Part shown: piece by piece, positions 50,022 through 62,958 of the stretch
How positions within the stretch are numbered: position 1 is the first letter of the stretch
Layout: every line of letters begins with the position of its first letter
Assembly (NCBI GenBank): GCA_001179505.1
Contig: CDMY01000510.1
Span: forward strand, 1 to 64,000
Length of the DNA: 64,000 nt
Reading direction: 5' to 3'
DNA from: Vitrella brassicaformis CCMP3155
Taxonomy: Eukaryota > Protista > Chromerida
Notes under the pieces: generated by a model
Seen by the model: only the letters and a program-made list of their open reading frames with translations
Database searches by the model: none
What the model was told of the DNA's origin: nothing
Translations under genes and position numbers: made by a program

Positions 50022-51578
50022 GGACCGTACGCACAATGACCCACCCCTGCTCACCTTGGCCTTTTCCCACATGCGCCACGCCAGCCGTCTCAGCGCCTCC
50101 CGCCTGATTGCAATCAATGCCCCCACACACATCCATCCAGACGGCCAAGTGTGTGTTGTGTGTGTGGTGTGGCTGGCGCACTTGGCGTCGGTGAGTTTGG
50201 TGAGGTGTTTGTCGCGTGCGATTGCCATGGCCATGCTGGCAGCCTTGACCATCTGCTCCACGTCGGGGTCGTCAACACTCTCGTAGCGCCGGTCGAAACT
50301 GAGTCGGTGGCATCCAAACACACAACACACACCCACACACACACGCCGTGTGGGTATGTGTGTGTGTGTGTGCTGGTGGTTGGCTGACGGACTCTTCTAG
50401 TAGTATGATGATCATCGGGAGCTCCTGCACGCGGCCTCTCGTCTGGCAAAGACGGACACACAGACAGACAGACAGACAGACATGAGAACCGTCCCACCTC
50501 AACGTCATCGTTAGTCTCGCTGACCTGGTCCAGGTAGAGGATGTAGTCGACTATGTACCGAGGACGGTTGCCCCGAGCCTGACACACAGTTGTCTGTGCG
50601 GTCGGTGCAGAATCTCTCTCTCTCTTTCAGGGTGTGTCTACTGCGTACGTAGTCGTAGGATTTCTTCATGTACTGGTAGGCCTCCTGTGGCTTGCCCAGG
50701 TCGAAGTCAAGATACTCGCCGTAATGGTGCACCACATCTGAATGAGCCCGGGGGGACAGAGCAGAGAGGTGCCAGAGGTGCTACTCGTGTGTGGTGCGCG
50801 GGATGGAACCGCTCTCCCTCCCTCCATCTCCCATCCCCTTGCTACCAGCATCGGTCGGGAACTTTTCCAGCGCCTGGTGGTACAGAAAGGCGGGAACCGA
50901 CGCGCCCACAGGGTCCTGGGGCAACACGCAACAAGAAAGAGGATCGTGTGATTGACTGTCCTTTAAAGCTTTGCCGGAGGGGAGGTGTCTGTCTGTCATG
51001 TGTGTGGTTCGGCTCACTCACCCCTGTGTGTGAGTAGTGGTCCAGCCACACCCGCGCGTATTGCGCTATGTTGAGGCCGCAGTGGGGGTCAGTGCGCAGG
51101 CAGTTGTTGAACCACGGCAGCCACGATTGCGGGTCGCCCAGCTGACACACACACACACACACACACAGAGAGAGAGAGACATGGGTGTGGTGGCGTCCCG
51201 GGGTCTGCTCTGCTCGCCCACTCACCGCTTTGGTGTAGTTGAATTGGTCGAGGGTGAGAGCCGGTCCGGTGATGTCTTGCTGCGGCTTGGCGGCCAACAC
51301 GGCGTACCTGCCATTCCTGTACACCATCTCAAAGTGGCTGGTCTCCACCTGCAGACGGATACAGCACCTGAACACAGCACACACACAGAACAGAAGGGTC
51401 AGTCAAGTGTGTCTGTCTGGTGTAGGGGGATTGCATGTGTGCCTTTTGAAGAATGGCACGTTGTCGGGGCATCTGTATCGCTTCTCGTCCAGATGAGCCG
51501 TCACGTTCAACACCGTTATGGCAGACGAGTCGCGCGGCGCTGCACACAAGACAAGACAACACACACGTGGAAGCTCGC

Positions 51579-51610
<32 letters not shown>

Positions 51611-54600
51611 CTTCACGCACTAGAGCATCTGAAAATGTTGAGCACGACATAGGGGTCGGAGTAGTTGTGTGTGACCGTGTGCCACACCTCCTCTATGGGC
51701 GGGCACGCACTCAGCGCGTAGTAGAACTGCACGCGCCGCCTGGCCTCGACCGACTCGTACTGGGGGTTGACCACTATGGGGTTGCGGGTGCCCGAACGGA
51801 TTGATGACGACACTGTCATGTCGCCCAGGAGGGCGCGATCTGCACACACACATACGGATCCATAAGTGGGTGGTGAGACAGGGAGAGAGGGAGGGAGGGG
51901 GGGGGGAGGGNNNNNNNNNNNNNNNNNNNNNNNNNNNNNNNNNNNNNNNNNNNNNNNNNNNNNNNNNNNNNNNNNNNNNNNNNNNNNNNNNNNNNNNNNN
52001 NNNNNNNNNNNNNNNNNNNNNNNNNNNNNNNNNNNNNNNNNNNNNNNNNNNNNNNNNNNNNNNNNNNNNNNNNNNNNNNNNNNNNNNNNNNNNNNNNNNN
52101 NNNNNNNNNNNNNNNNNNNNNNNNNNNNNNNNNNNNNNNNNNNNNNNNNNNNNNNNNNNNNNNNNNNNNNNNNNNNNNNNNNNNNNNNNNNNNNNNNNNN
52201 NNNNNNNNNNGGGGGGAGGGTGGTGGGTACCCCACCCGTGGGTATGTGTTTGTTGATCCATTGGACGAGCCTGATGACATCGTCGTTGGCATTGTTCTCG
52301 GGAGTGGGGTTGGCCGCCATCTCCTGTGTGCAGTGCATGGGATGGATGACACACAGACAGCGGAGGGAGGCAGCTGCTTTCCGTCCTCTCCCTCTCTCTC
52401 TCTCTCTCCTTTGTCTGTGTGAGTGCGCCTGCCGTCCAGGGCATTTTGAAGACGAACGGCATGATGGTCATGCCGACCACCACGCAACACAGCACGCACC
52501 ACATCACACGGCGACGCGCAGCCCAACACCTGACACACGACATTTCATTCACACTCATACTACAAACACCAGCCAGGCATTTATAGAAATGCGCACCGCC
52601 ACCTGACTGACCTGGCAGTGTGGCAGAATGCCGTGCGTCCAATCGCTGAAGCGAGCAGCCCACGGATGAAGTCCACAGGTTTGGTGAGCAGCCAGGGGGA
52701 CACCATGGTGCCACCGAGAACACACAGCTCGGGCAGGGCCAGCACGCGGAGGCTGCACGCATGGATGGATGGATGGATAGGACGTCTCTGTGCCGTACTG
52801 TCATTGCGTGTCTTACCGTGCTACAAGGTACGCCGCACCGACAAAGAGAATGGTCTGCAGGACGGGATGCATCATATCATCGAGACACAATCAATACAAA
52901 GACACACGATAGATCCATGTATGTCACGTGCGCTGCGCACACATACAATCCACGTGTGATTGGTGAGCTCCCCCACCTCACCTGTGCCAGGTGGTAGGCC
53001 AGCTCCGGGTGTAGCTCCACCACTGGTCGGTCATCCCCACCACCACCACAGCCACCATCCCCACCAACACCCACACCGACGGCTTTGTCATCCCCCTCCC
53101 TCCTGACCGCTGTCCTGCCATCGCCGTGAGCCTCCCCCTCTCCCTCTCCCTCCCCCTCCGCCCGCCGGCCTCTCTGCCGCATGCTACTCTCGCCCTCCTG
53201 GCCATGACCACCCGCACCTTCTCCCGTCGCCTTGGACAGCGTCGATATCGTCGAATCCCCGTCAGTCGTCGGCCGCCTCTCCGCGGGGGCGGCATCCTCC
53301 GTCTCTTTGTCTGGCTGCTGCTGCTGCTGCGATGCGACCTTGGTGGCCGGTGGTGGGATGTGGTCAGTGCTTGGGGGGGTCAGCACGGCCATGGTTGAAT
53401 CGAGCAGGGAGTCGATGAGGCGTTGTTTCTTGGCTGTTGCTGCGGCTGGTCGTGGCGTTTGTGTGGGTGTGGGTATGGGCATGGTTGGGAAGAGGAGGTC
53501 TTGTATGGCGGTGGAGAGGTAGATGAGGGCCGCGGGGATGGCGAACCAGTGGAGGCGGGACGAACGGATCATGTCGAGCATCCACATGGGGAAGTAGTGG
53601 AACTCCTGTGGCATGTGACGTGACGACACACACAATCGACCAGAAGAGTCAGTCCTCCATGCCTTCCTTGGTTGTGTGTCGTGTCGACCGACCGTGCCGC
53701 CCATGAGGTATATCTGCGTGTCGAAGTTGGGCGGCCCCAGCTGGAACTTCTGCATCAACATTGTCCACACATGAGTGTCGTCAGCCGGGATCCTGCAAAC
53801 ACACACGCACACGCACACGCACACGCACACAGAGGGAGAGAGAAATGCACTCAATGCTGGAGTCATCCCACCTCACCCACCCCACCAAGACACAGCCTTC
53901 CGCAACAGTGCGAAGAGCACGAGCGACAGAAAGCCCTCACAGAAGTTGGGGAAGAACCGGCCCGCCCACACATAAAGCGACGAAGGCATCCCTAGCACCA
54001 CCACCTGGTGCTTGGCAGACCGCACGGGCAGCAGCCTCCGGCGGACCATGTGGGCAGCGAGGATCGATAGCGTCACTTGTGGGAAGAACGAGAGCAGCTG
54101 AACAAACAAGACGCCAACAAAAGCGGCGTGCAGTGCAGTGCCCAGGCCATGACGCTGACACTCCCTCCCTGACTGACTGACCAGGATGCGCGGCCCGAAC
54201 TGGAGCACGAAGGTGGTGGCGAAGGCAGCTGCCGCCGTCATGAGCACTCGCGTCATGAGGTCGGAGATGGGGTAGCCCACAATGTACACGGCAAACAGGG
54301 CCGCCATCTGCGGCAATGGAGCAGGAGGGAGGGAGGCAACGGCCATATCCATCCACACAGACGTGCAACCAGGTCACTGGCTGCCCTGCCCACCTGTGTG
54401 GTGAGGGCGAATGGCCCGAACTGCCAGAACAGCGTGAACAACACCGTCGACACGTAATAGACCACCAGCCACCCACGACCAACCTACACACACGCAGGCC
54501 ACAACACATGCAGCAAAACCCTACTTATAATACCCTCCTTTGACCTCCGTTGGCTGACCTTCCTGTAGTTGCGCAGCAGCACCGACAGGGCGAGCATGTT

Positions 54601-55252
54601 GGTCCACAGGAAAGGGGTCGCCCAGTTCTCCCGCAGCGGGACGGCACTGATCCGCAGAATCAGCCGCTTCTCGAAGTTGCCCAGGAAGAAGCCGAAGCAG
54701 GCCAGGCCGCACCCCCACCACCCGCCGATGTAGCTGGCCGTCGCCACAACCACCCCAACACCGGCAGCCACGACGGCGAACACCACTGACGCGTAGAAGT
54801 TCCAGGCCTTGACGGCGTATCGCCGGCTGAATGGGCGGATCATCTGGTGGGTGGTGCGGTAGGCCAGACCCGTCAGCAGCTCCTGGTAGACGTTGAAGCG
54901 CTTCAGCGCGTTGACTACAGCCGGATACTCGGAACGATGGTCAGATCTGCAGTCCACTCACACACAAACCAAACCATAACACAAATTCGGCTGCCGCCTT
55001 TCATCCCATGGGCATCATCCCTCCCTCCCTCCCTGTCGCATACATGAGTCTCTCGAGGCCGTCCCATCCGCTCGGCGCGGTGACCACATCGTTGTAGAAT
55101 GAGTAGTAGAAGGCCGACTCGGAGAACATCGATAGGCGCTGCTCCTCCGATGGCCGCCGGAACATGTAGCGGAACCGCCGGTGGAGGAAGCAACAAAACA
55201 CCAACGCCGCCATGACGCCCACCAGCAGGCAGCCTCTCCGGAGCCCTGCCAT
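49874..55252 (-). CDS. DPY19: DPY19-family protein C-mannosyltransferase (multi-pass membrane protein)
   Basis: SESAFYYSFYNDVVTAPS, SEYPAVVNALKRFNVYQE, LRENWATPF, several transmembrane segments, and C-terminal NPQYE and VVNP motifs. Confidence 0.85.
51911..52210. other. Assembly gap (300 N) inside a DPY19 intron
   Basis: The N run is flanked on both sides by GGGGGGAGGG. Confidence 0.95.
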
Positions 55253-55432
55253 GATATGCTGCAGAAGGAATGGAGGCTCTGGTGTGGGTGATGAATGACG
55301 AGTTGCTGTTCACATCAGATCTTCGTCAAGATCAAGCAATGACAGCGTTCGGGACAGACAGCTCGGTCGGTGTTCTTGGACGGCTGCCACGCCAATTTGC
55401 ACCAAGTAATCTCCTTCCGCGGCGAGCCAAAA

Positions 55433-55440
55433 AGCTCGCA
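55433..55440 (-). promoter_or_regulatory. TGCGAGCT candidate promoter motif in the DPY19/hypothetical divergent spacer
   Basis: AGCTCGCA on the + strand. Confidence 0.35.
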
Positions 55441-55529
55441 AAAACAGGAGAGAGGAAAAGAGAGACCCGAAAAAGAGGCGCGCCATGCGGTTCTGTGTAC
55501 GCCATGCTGCTGCAGACAAGAGTTGATCG

Positions 55530-58500
55530 ATGCGGTCGTTGTTAACACGAAGCACCGGCGCCTTCGGGCGGAGAGGGCGACAGGACAATGCAGGAGCAGC
55601 CGCCAGCAGCCATTCCGTGGCCTCGTGTAGCAGCGCCGACAGCTGGGTGCGGTTCATCTGCCGACTGGTCGATGAGCGCCATAGCGACATCCAGGCGGAA
55701 GATGGGCTGGATGTCGGCTACCATAGCGGGTGGGAGAGGGCTTCTCGGCGACTGGAGAGGCTGGCGGCGCTGCCCTTAGATGATGGTGGGCAGAAAGGCG
55801 AATAGAAATGAAAGTCTTGCTCGCATCTCTGTGTGTGCGCTGTGTGTGTGGGTCAATCAGTTGTGGAGCTGTTTCGGGAAATAGGCGGGCATCCCTCGAT
55901 TAGCGATGGTGCCGCCGAAATGGTCATCGAGTGGTTTGGCAGGTGGCTAGAGCAGACGCGGCTGGTGCACATGTACGCCACAGCCGACGAGCGAGCAAGA
56001 GAACAGCCACTGCCGGGGCAGCCACAAAGTCAGTCAGTGAGAACCACACAGCAGCTGAGAAACCTTCTTTTCACTCCCCCCCTGTTGATCCATCCACGCA
56101 TCCTTCCCTCGTCTGTCTGTCTGTTGTGTGGTCAGTTCCTCACTCATTAGTGCTTGCGGCGGCGCGTGGTTTCTTCTCTCCCACCCGGCTGCTCCTCTTG
56201 GCGCTTCTTCGGGCCATCTACTTGTCATCGGCCCACCCGCCAGGCTTCTTCACCCCCGAGCCATTCGACATGGAGTTGCCAAGGTCGGAAGGGCCATCAG
56301 ATGAGTTGAATCCCCCGCGCACTCACGACGGCAGACGTGACCCCAAGCGGCCGCCATCGCCCCCCTCTCCCCTTCCACCCTCCTCCCCGCCGACCAAGGG
56401 CGGCGCCGCCAGTGAGCCGTCAGTGCCCTACCGCCCCTCTCAGTTCATCAGATGGCTGCTAAGCATAGCGGAGGAACAGGCGCTCGTTGTCGACTACCGG
56501 CCGCAACCGAGAGAAAAGGAGAGGGGCCCGACTCGGAATCCGGGGCCGCCACCACCAGCAGCAGCAGCAGCAGCGGCGGCGGCTGCAGGGGCAGCTAGCG
56601 AGTCGGCCGGGTCTGTGTGTCGGCATATGGGGGCCCTGGACCTGGGCGACGACTCGCGATCGTCGAGCGGACGGGGCCTGGCCGTCTGCTATGCGTTGAG
56701 ATGTCTGAGCGAGCCGGGTATGGCGATAGCGACACTGCCCTCCCTCTCCTCGCTCATCGCATCAGCCGCATTCAGCTCATCGGCCATGAGCGACACCCTC
56801 CCCACATCGCCCCTCCCTCCCCCATCCAGGCGGCCGTCGCGGCTCCACACCGCACGCTCAGCGCCGCCTACCCGCCCTGACAAGGCCAGCACTGCTGGTG
56901 AGGACTGCCCGATGCTTCAGGCACAAGAGAAGCAGCCCCAAGACCTGCCGCCACGCAAGAGTGCCGGCGTGGCGCGGGCGGCGGCCGGGAGCGGTGCCCT
57001 GCCCCCCATTCCCCCCCTCCCCCCTTTTGCAGCACTCCAGGCAGAGGACGGTCCCGATCTCGGCGACCCCTGCGTGTCACCCGAGCGACGTGATCGACGG
57101 CCAGGTCGCGACGAGAGCCTCGGACGGTCGTCGCTGCCGCGAGAGGGGCCGGTGAAGCCGCTGATGCTGCTCATGGGTCTCCTCATGCAGTGGCTTGAGT
57201 CGGAGAGCGAGGACATCGAGATCACCGGCAGGGGGCAGGCCAGATGGCTCCGCGACAAGGGCAAGAAGGGCGGCGGCGGCGGCTCGGATGCGTCCCCGCA
57301 GCAGATCATGGCCCTGTGCAGCGCCATGGCGTCATCGTCAAGCTGCAGCGACGGACGGCGGGTCCTCCACGACGCGCAGCAGATGCTCTCGGCCACTGCC
57401 CAGCGATACGCCCAATACGAAGACGACGAACAGGAGCTCTCCCACGGCAAGAAGAAGAGCAGGGCGGCAAAGCACAAGGCGGCCTCGTCCGGCAGCCCAG
57501 AGCCGCGGCCAAGGGGAGCCCATCTCGCCGACGATGCCCGCACGGGAGGCGTCTCGGTGTCGCAGCTTGGGCAGACGGCAAAGCAGCTGAGGCGGGCTCG
57601 ATACGCTGGCTGCGGGGTGGTTGTCGGCAGGAAGGGCGGCAAGGGCGGCGGGGGGGACGGCTACTACGCGCCGCCGGAGGAGAGCGAGGCCCTGTGGGTG
57701 GCGGTCGCCACGTGCCTGGCCAGACTGGTCCGGATGGCACTCAGGTGAGAGAGAGCGATGGACGACGCACAACGCAACACGATCGTCCTTCGTGTACACC
57801 CCTGCCTGCTGTGCGTGTGTGTGTGTCCTTGTCAGCCGTCGTGCTTCGTCTGCCGACAGTCGCCTTGAGCGTCACGTGCTGCCGTGTCTAGAGGTGTTGT
57901 GCACCATGCTGCTATCGCGCGAGGACCTGCCCGTGGCCGCCGTGAGGGCCTTCGTCGACAGGCTGGCGGAGGGGGCATCAATCGCACTGAGGCTGGGAGA
58001 GGTGAGCCACACAACGAATCTTGACAGACGGATGTGAGAATTGATGTGGCGTGATTGATGTTCTGTGTGTGTCGGGTCGTGTCGTGTCTGTCATCCATCA
58101 GAGTGTACCGTCGCTTCGTCGCTGGCCGGCACTGGAGGTCCTGCTCGACAAGCAACGTTCCCATGTCCTCACACGATGTTTCAGGGTACGCACCACATCA
58201 CATCACATCACACCGCTGCCCACCCCACACACGTCATGCATGCCTCTGTCTTTCTTTCTGTGGTCGTCCTTCAGACTTGGTGTGACGTGCAGTTCTCCCT
58301 CTCACAGATTTCCCACCCCAGCCGCTCCTCCCACGAGGCCCGTGGGTTCGTCCACGACGTTGCACAAGACTTCCTCGCGCCACACATGGCTGCCGTGCTG
58401 CGGCCGGCAAGGAGGCGGGATGGCGACCAACCACACCCAGCATCGCAGTCAACGGTCCCCGAAGAGGCCCCGGACGCCGTGGCGCTGTTCCTCAACACCT

Positions 58501-61500
58501 CGTGCCGCCCGCCGCTCGTCAACCCTCAATCGGAGCCCTCTGAGGGCCTCCCGTCTGAGCCCTCCCGGTGCTGCTGGACCTGCCTCGTGTGGACGCAAGC
58601 CGTCCTCAAGCTGCGAATGGCGATCTCCTTCTCTGCTGATACGCAGCCCGGTCTTCCGCGCGGCGCGGGGCAATCGAGAGCGCCTCACGACGACCCGATG
58701 TCCATTCGGCTGACTGACTGCGACATTCGGTTCCATCAGCAGCGGTCAGCGCGACATTGTCACGTGTCGACACGCGAGACGGCCGAGGTTCCCACGGAGC
58801 TCGCGTGGCACACCTTGGGCGAGCTCTACAAGCTGTTGCACGAGGTGGCGCCCCACTCTCTCTCCCCCCTGCCGTCGACGTGGCGCCGCAGGCTGCCTCT
58901 GCCACAAGGGCATGGGCCGTTCTGTGCCGAGCTAGCCCGTGCCCTGGGCGAGGTGCAGAGGCGGCGCATGGCTGCTGAGATGGAGCTGATGGCCATCGCC
59001 ATCCAGTGCCTGGCGACCATCCACGGCGGCCGCGTGACCATTGACCCTCCCACCAGCCCCCTCTCCCCCCCTCTTGGTCCCAGCGACGCAGCGCAGACAG
59101 CGTCCATCAGGGTGTCCCTGCCCGCGACCCCTCCCCTCACCGTCGGCTGCCTACCGTCCAGCGGCTATGTGGACCACGTCGCGCGTCCCTCCCGGGCCAA
59201 GGCGGCACGGCGGGGTGCGTGGGCGAGCAAGTTGGCGCAGGTCAAGAGGGAGGAGGGTTTCTCTGAAGAACGGCTCGATCGCATGATTGCCCGGCTGTGG
59301 CGGGAGGCGCCTGACGCGTGCACGGCGCTGAGAGATACCGAGGCGGCTGATGGCGTGGAGGTGTATGAGGGGCTGGAGGGGGGCGGGGGGCTGAAAACAA
59401 TCGTGGGGCTGCTGTTCGCCGAGATGGCCACCGATGAGGCGCTGCTGCAGGAACTCAGAGACCCTCACAGACTCGTTTACAGGTCAGTTAGGGACAGGAC
59501 ACTCGAGTCGATGCACCGATACTTCTGTCGATCCTCACTCTGCAGAACGCTTCTCGTTCGTTGCCTGGCGAGCCTTCTGGCGAGCGGTGCTGTGGATGAG
59601 GGCAGTATGTGTGACGCCATGCCCCAGGTGCCCCGCCAGACGTCGGACCACGACGGTGACGAGACCATGGATGAGGACGGAGGCGGCCAGAGATTCAGAC
59701 ACGGCCTGATGGGCCTGGCGCAATTCATCTCTAGGTCAGACTACCCGCATCACGCGACCGAACTAACTGACTAACTAACTGATCTCATGGCCTTGCCCGT
59801 GTTGTGCTTCGACAGGGTGCAGAAGCTCCTGCTGTTCCGCCTCCAGTGCTGGGTCTTCGACAGGTCTGTCGTCCGCCACTACAGCACACATGAGGATGAA
59901 GACGACGACAACGCCACCATACCCGAAGACCCAGAGGACTCGCAACCAAACCACCGCCCACCACCCACAGCCCCATCCCCCTTCCCCAGCCCCACTCCTC
60001 CCGTCCCATCATCATCCCTTCTCGCCCGCGACACTGACGGCAGCAGGCCAGCTGACCAGCACAATGAAGACCCCTACGCGCGAGAAGGCCCCTTCACGGC
60101 CAAGCTGGACTCGGCGAGCCCTGCCATCCGGGAGGCGGGCGGGCTTACAGCGGCTATCTGCATCAACAGCCTCCTGTCGCTCATCGAACGGCTGATGCCG
60201 CTGTGCAACGAGGGTGTGAGGGCCCACTGCAACACGTTCCTCAAGGACGTGCTCAAGGGATGCCTCCCCGTCCGCTCGGCCGCCTCCGACTGCCGCCGCA
60301 TGTACCGCACCATGCAGGCCAGGCGGTCGTCTGGCGGGCCGCCCAGGGCCCTCCCCATCAGCACCAGCAGCCCCTCTCTGCTGCTGGGCGGAGGGTTGGA
60401 GGGGATGCCCCCCACCAATGACAGGGAGAGCGACACGCTCATCAACCTCGTCGACGACTCCTCCGAGAGCCTCCCGGCCGACCACCAGCCATTCGCCAGG
60501 AAGAGCGCCCCGAATGCCAAGAAGCGGGCGAGGAGCCAGGCGTCCCGTGACGACGGTGGCGGTGGCGATGGTGATGCGGACGGCGAGGAGGTGGACGAGC
60601 AGAGGAGAGGGGAAAGACGGCTGCTCAGCTTCGGCTTTGCGGCGGTGGGCGATGGGTCGATTGAGCTGGAGTGTGCGCCCGTGTCGGTCAAGACGGGCAA
60701 CGCGTGGCTGGAGGAGGGCTTCGAGGCGGTGCTGCGGGACATCGTGGCGGTGTGTCTGCGGCACCAGCCAGTCAGGGAGCTGCCGGAGACACTCGGATAT
60801 GTCATCTCACACGCGGCGCTCTGGTACGTGTAGGAACGACCGACAAGCGGGCGACACAAGCGACACACCTGCTGTGGCTGTCTCCCTTTTTCTTCGGTGC
60901 TGTGTCCACAGGACGGGCCGGTCTGCGGTTCTTCACCGTGGCGTGCAGCTGGAGGTGTTGGAGTTCGTCAGTGCTGTCCTGCTGCAGCAGCACATATTCA
61001 GGTCAGCTGAACACACAGACACGCTCAAATGCAGATGCATCCATGCCACTCTCATGTGTCGCGTCCGTGTGTGTTCCCATCCCAACAGCCGCGTGCACAC
61101 CCTCGACGCCCACGGCCGCCCCCTCCTGTCTAGCCTCTGCCTGGCATTCGTCGCCAAGCAGTCCGGCCCCGACATCGACCCGGCACACCTCTTCTCACTC
61201 AGACAACAGAGGAACAACAACAACAGCAGTCGACCGTCACGGTCAGCCACATCGCATCAACCCGACAGCAGAGGGAGAGGGAGGGAGAGAGAGCCGCGCA
61301 CCACGGGAGAGGCTTCCCAGGCCGCCGAGTCGCTCGACATGGACATCTTCAAGAGCGCTGGGGAGCTGCTGCAGGGCGTGGCGCAGATGACCTGCTACGT
61401 GGGGGCTCTCTACCTCCGAGCCGACTGCCCCGTCCCGTCACGCCAGCGGTCCATCGGCGACGGCTGGCGGCGCCCTGACGGGACCACGGCCAAGCACGTG

Positions 61501-62649
61501 CGGCAGCGGTGGGTCAAGGCGGCCCATCTGCTGGCGCGGAGAGCTCTCAAGGCCTTCCCTGACTCGGGCGACGGGCTGACCCCTGCGGAGCTCCACACCC
61601 ACCAGATGCTGCGCCGGGCCGCCAACCAGCTGGAGGACTGTCTCAAGACCCTGGCGCCCCATCCCCCACTCCCTCCCCCCGCCCCCCCTCCCCCTCCTCC
61701 TCCCCCACTTGTGCGCGATAGGGAGCCACGGGCGGACTCCCCAAGCCGTACCCTCTCTGACACACCCACGGGCACAGCGTTCTTCTCTGACCTCGACAAC
61801 CACCCGAGAAGGGAGAGGGGGGAAAGGCCACAGGCGCCAGACGACGGTCCTGACGGGGACGAGGCCATGGCCCCAGCAGCCGCAGCCCCAGACGGCCACC
61901 CCGACAGCGATCCGAGGGAGATGAGGCGGGAGAGACGAGCGGCTGGCATCCCTGCGCCGATCCCCGATGACCCTCCAGAGTCCCCAGACAGACGGATGAG
62001 AGGCAGGAGTGCGCACGAGGACGGATCGGTCTCACCGCCTCCCTCGTCTGTTGCGCGCCCCGCCCGCAGCGAAGGCGCCGCTGACAGAGGGCGGAAGAGC
62101 AGCAGAGGCGGCCGAGGGCGGGGCAAGTCCAAGCCAGGCCAAAGGGGCGGGGCGCGGAGAGGGCCCGGCAGGCCGCGTACAAAGAAAGATGACGACGCTG
62201 ATGGGTATGAGGCGTTGCGTGGATTTCTTGACTATGAGGGCAACGAGGAGGGCATGCTGGCGAGCTCGGGGTCGGACTCGGGAGGGGAGGGGAGGGCCAG
62301 GAGGGGAAAGAAGGCGGGGGCGACCGATCCTGCGAAGGCCGAGGTGAGTCGAGAACCCAACAAGGATGTCACGCGGACACTCTAGGGAGGTGTATGTGTG
62401 TGGTCAGGATCCGGTGCGTGTGTTCAAGAAGGCCCGGATGTCTTCCCACTGGAGCACATTTATCGACTCGCTCACAAGATGACGAGCAGCGGGGATAGGA
62501 AGGATGAGTTGGTTGCAGTGCAGTGGGATCATCAGCGGCCGGCCTGTGGTTATCATATCGGGTGTGGTGTTTGGTTGGTGTATTTGTTTCTCGACAGACA
62601 CGTGATGATGCATGTATTACTGGATGTGTGGACGTACAACGATGCCTGA
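55530..62649 (+). CDS. Very large multi-exon hypothetical protein (helical blocks plus low complexity), possibly nuclear
   Basis: Chain of long + strand ORFs (55931-57748, 58065-59774, 59787-60833, 60418-62385) linked by GT-AG introns; basic tail with GPGRPRTKK. Start and end are approximate. Confidence 0.6.
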
Positions 62650-62958
62650 CGCGGACCACCTGATTGTGTGTACGCTAAGCCTATATTTGTGCAACTCGGT
62701 GTGGTGTGGGTCGATGGGATGAGAGTCTCACGCACTCGTTAAGATTTGTCCATCCATCCATCCATCCATTCACCAGGCAGTATGCAAAGTGCCGTGTCTA
62801 AATCCGCTGCTGTTGCTACACTCGCTCCTCCTCTCACTCATCCCGATTTCACCTGAGGTTCACAGCACGCAGGGACGTAACGTCTCAACCCATCCTTTCA
62901 CCTCCCCTCGGCACTGATCCGCCCACCTGGTTGATGGTGATCTCCTAGGACACCTCAC

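Noticed and set aside
51613-52804. Long ORFs spanning the N run
   Set aside because: These are artefacts of the assembly gap, which lies within a DPY19 intron.
55790-55860. A third GC-AG intron (AAAG|GCGAAT)
   Set aside because: An in-phase canonical GT donor (GATG|GTGGGC) lies just upstream and explains the splice.
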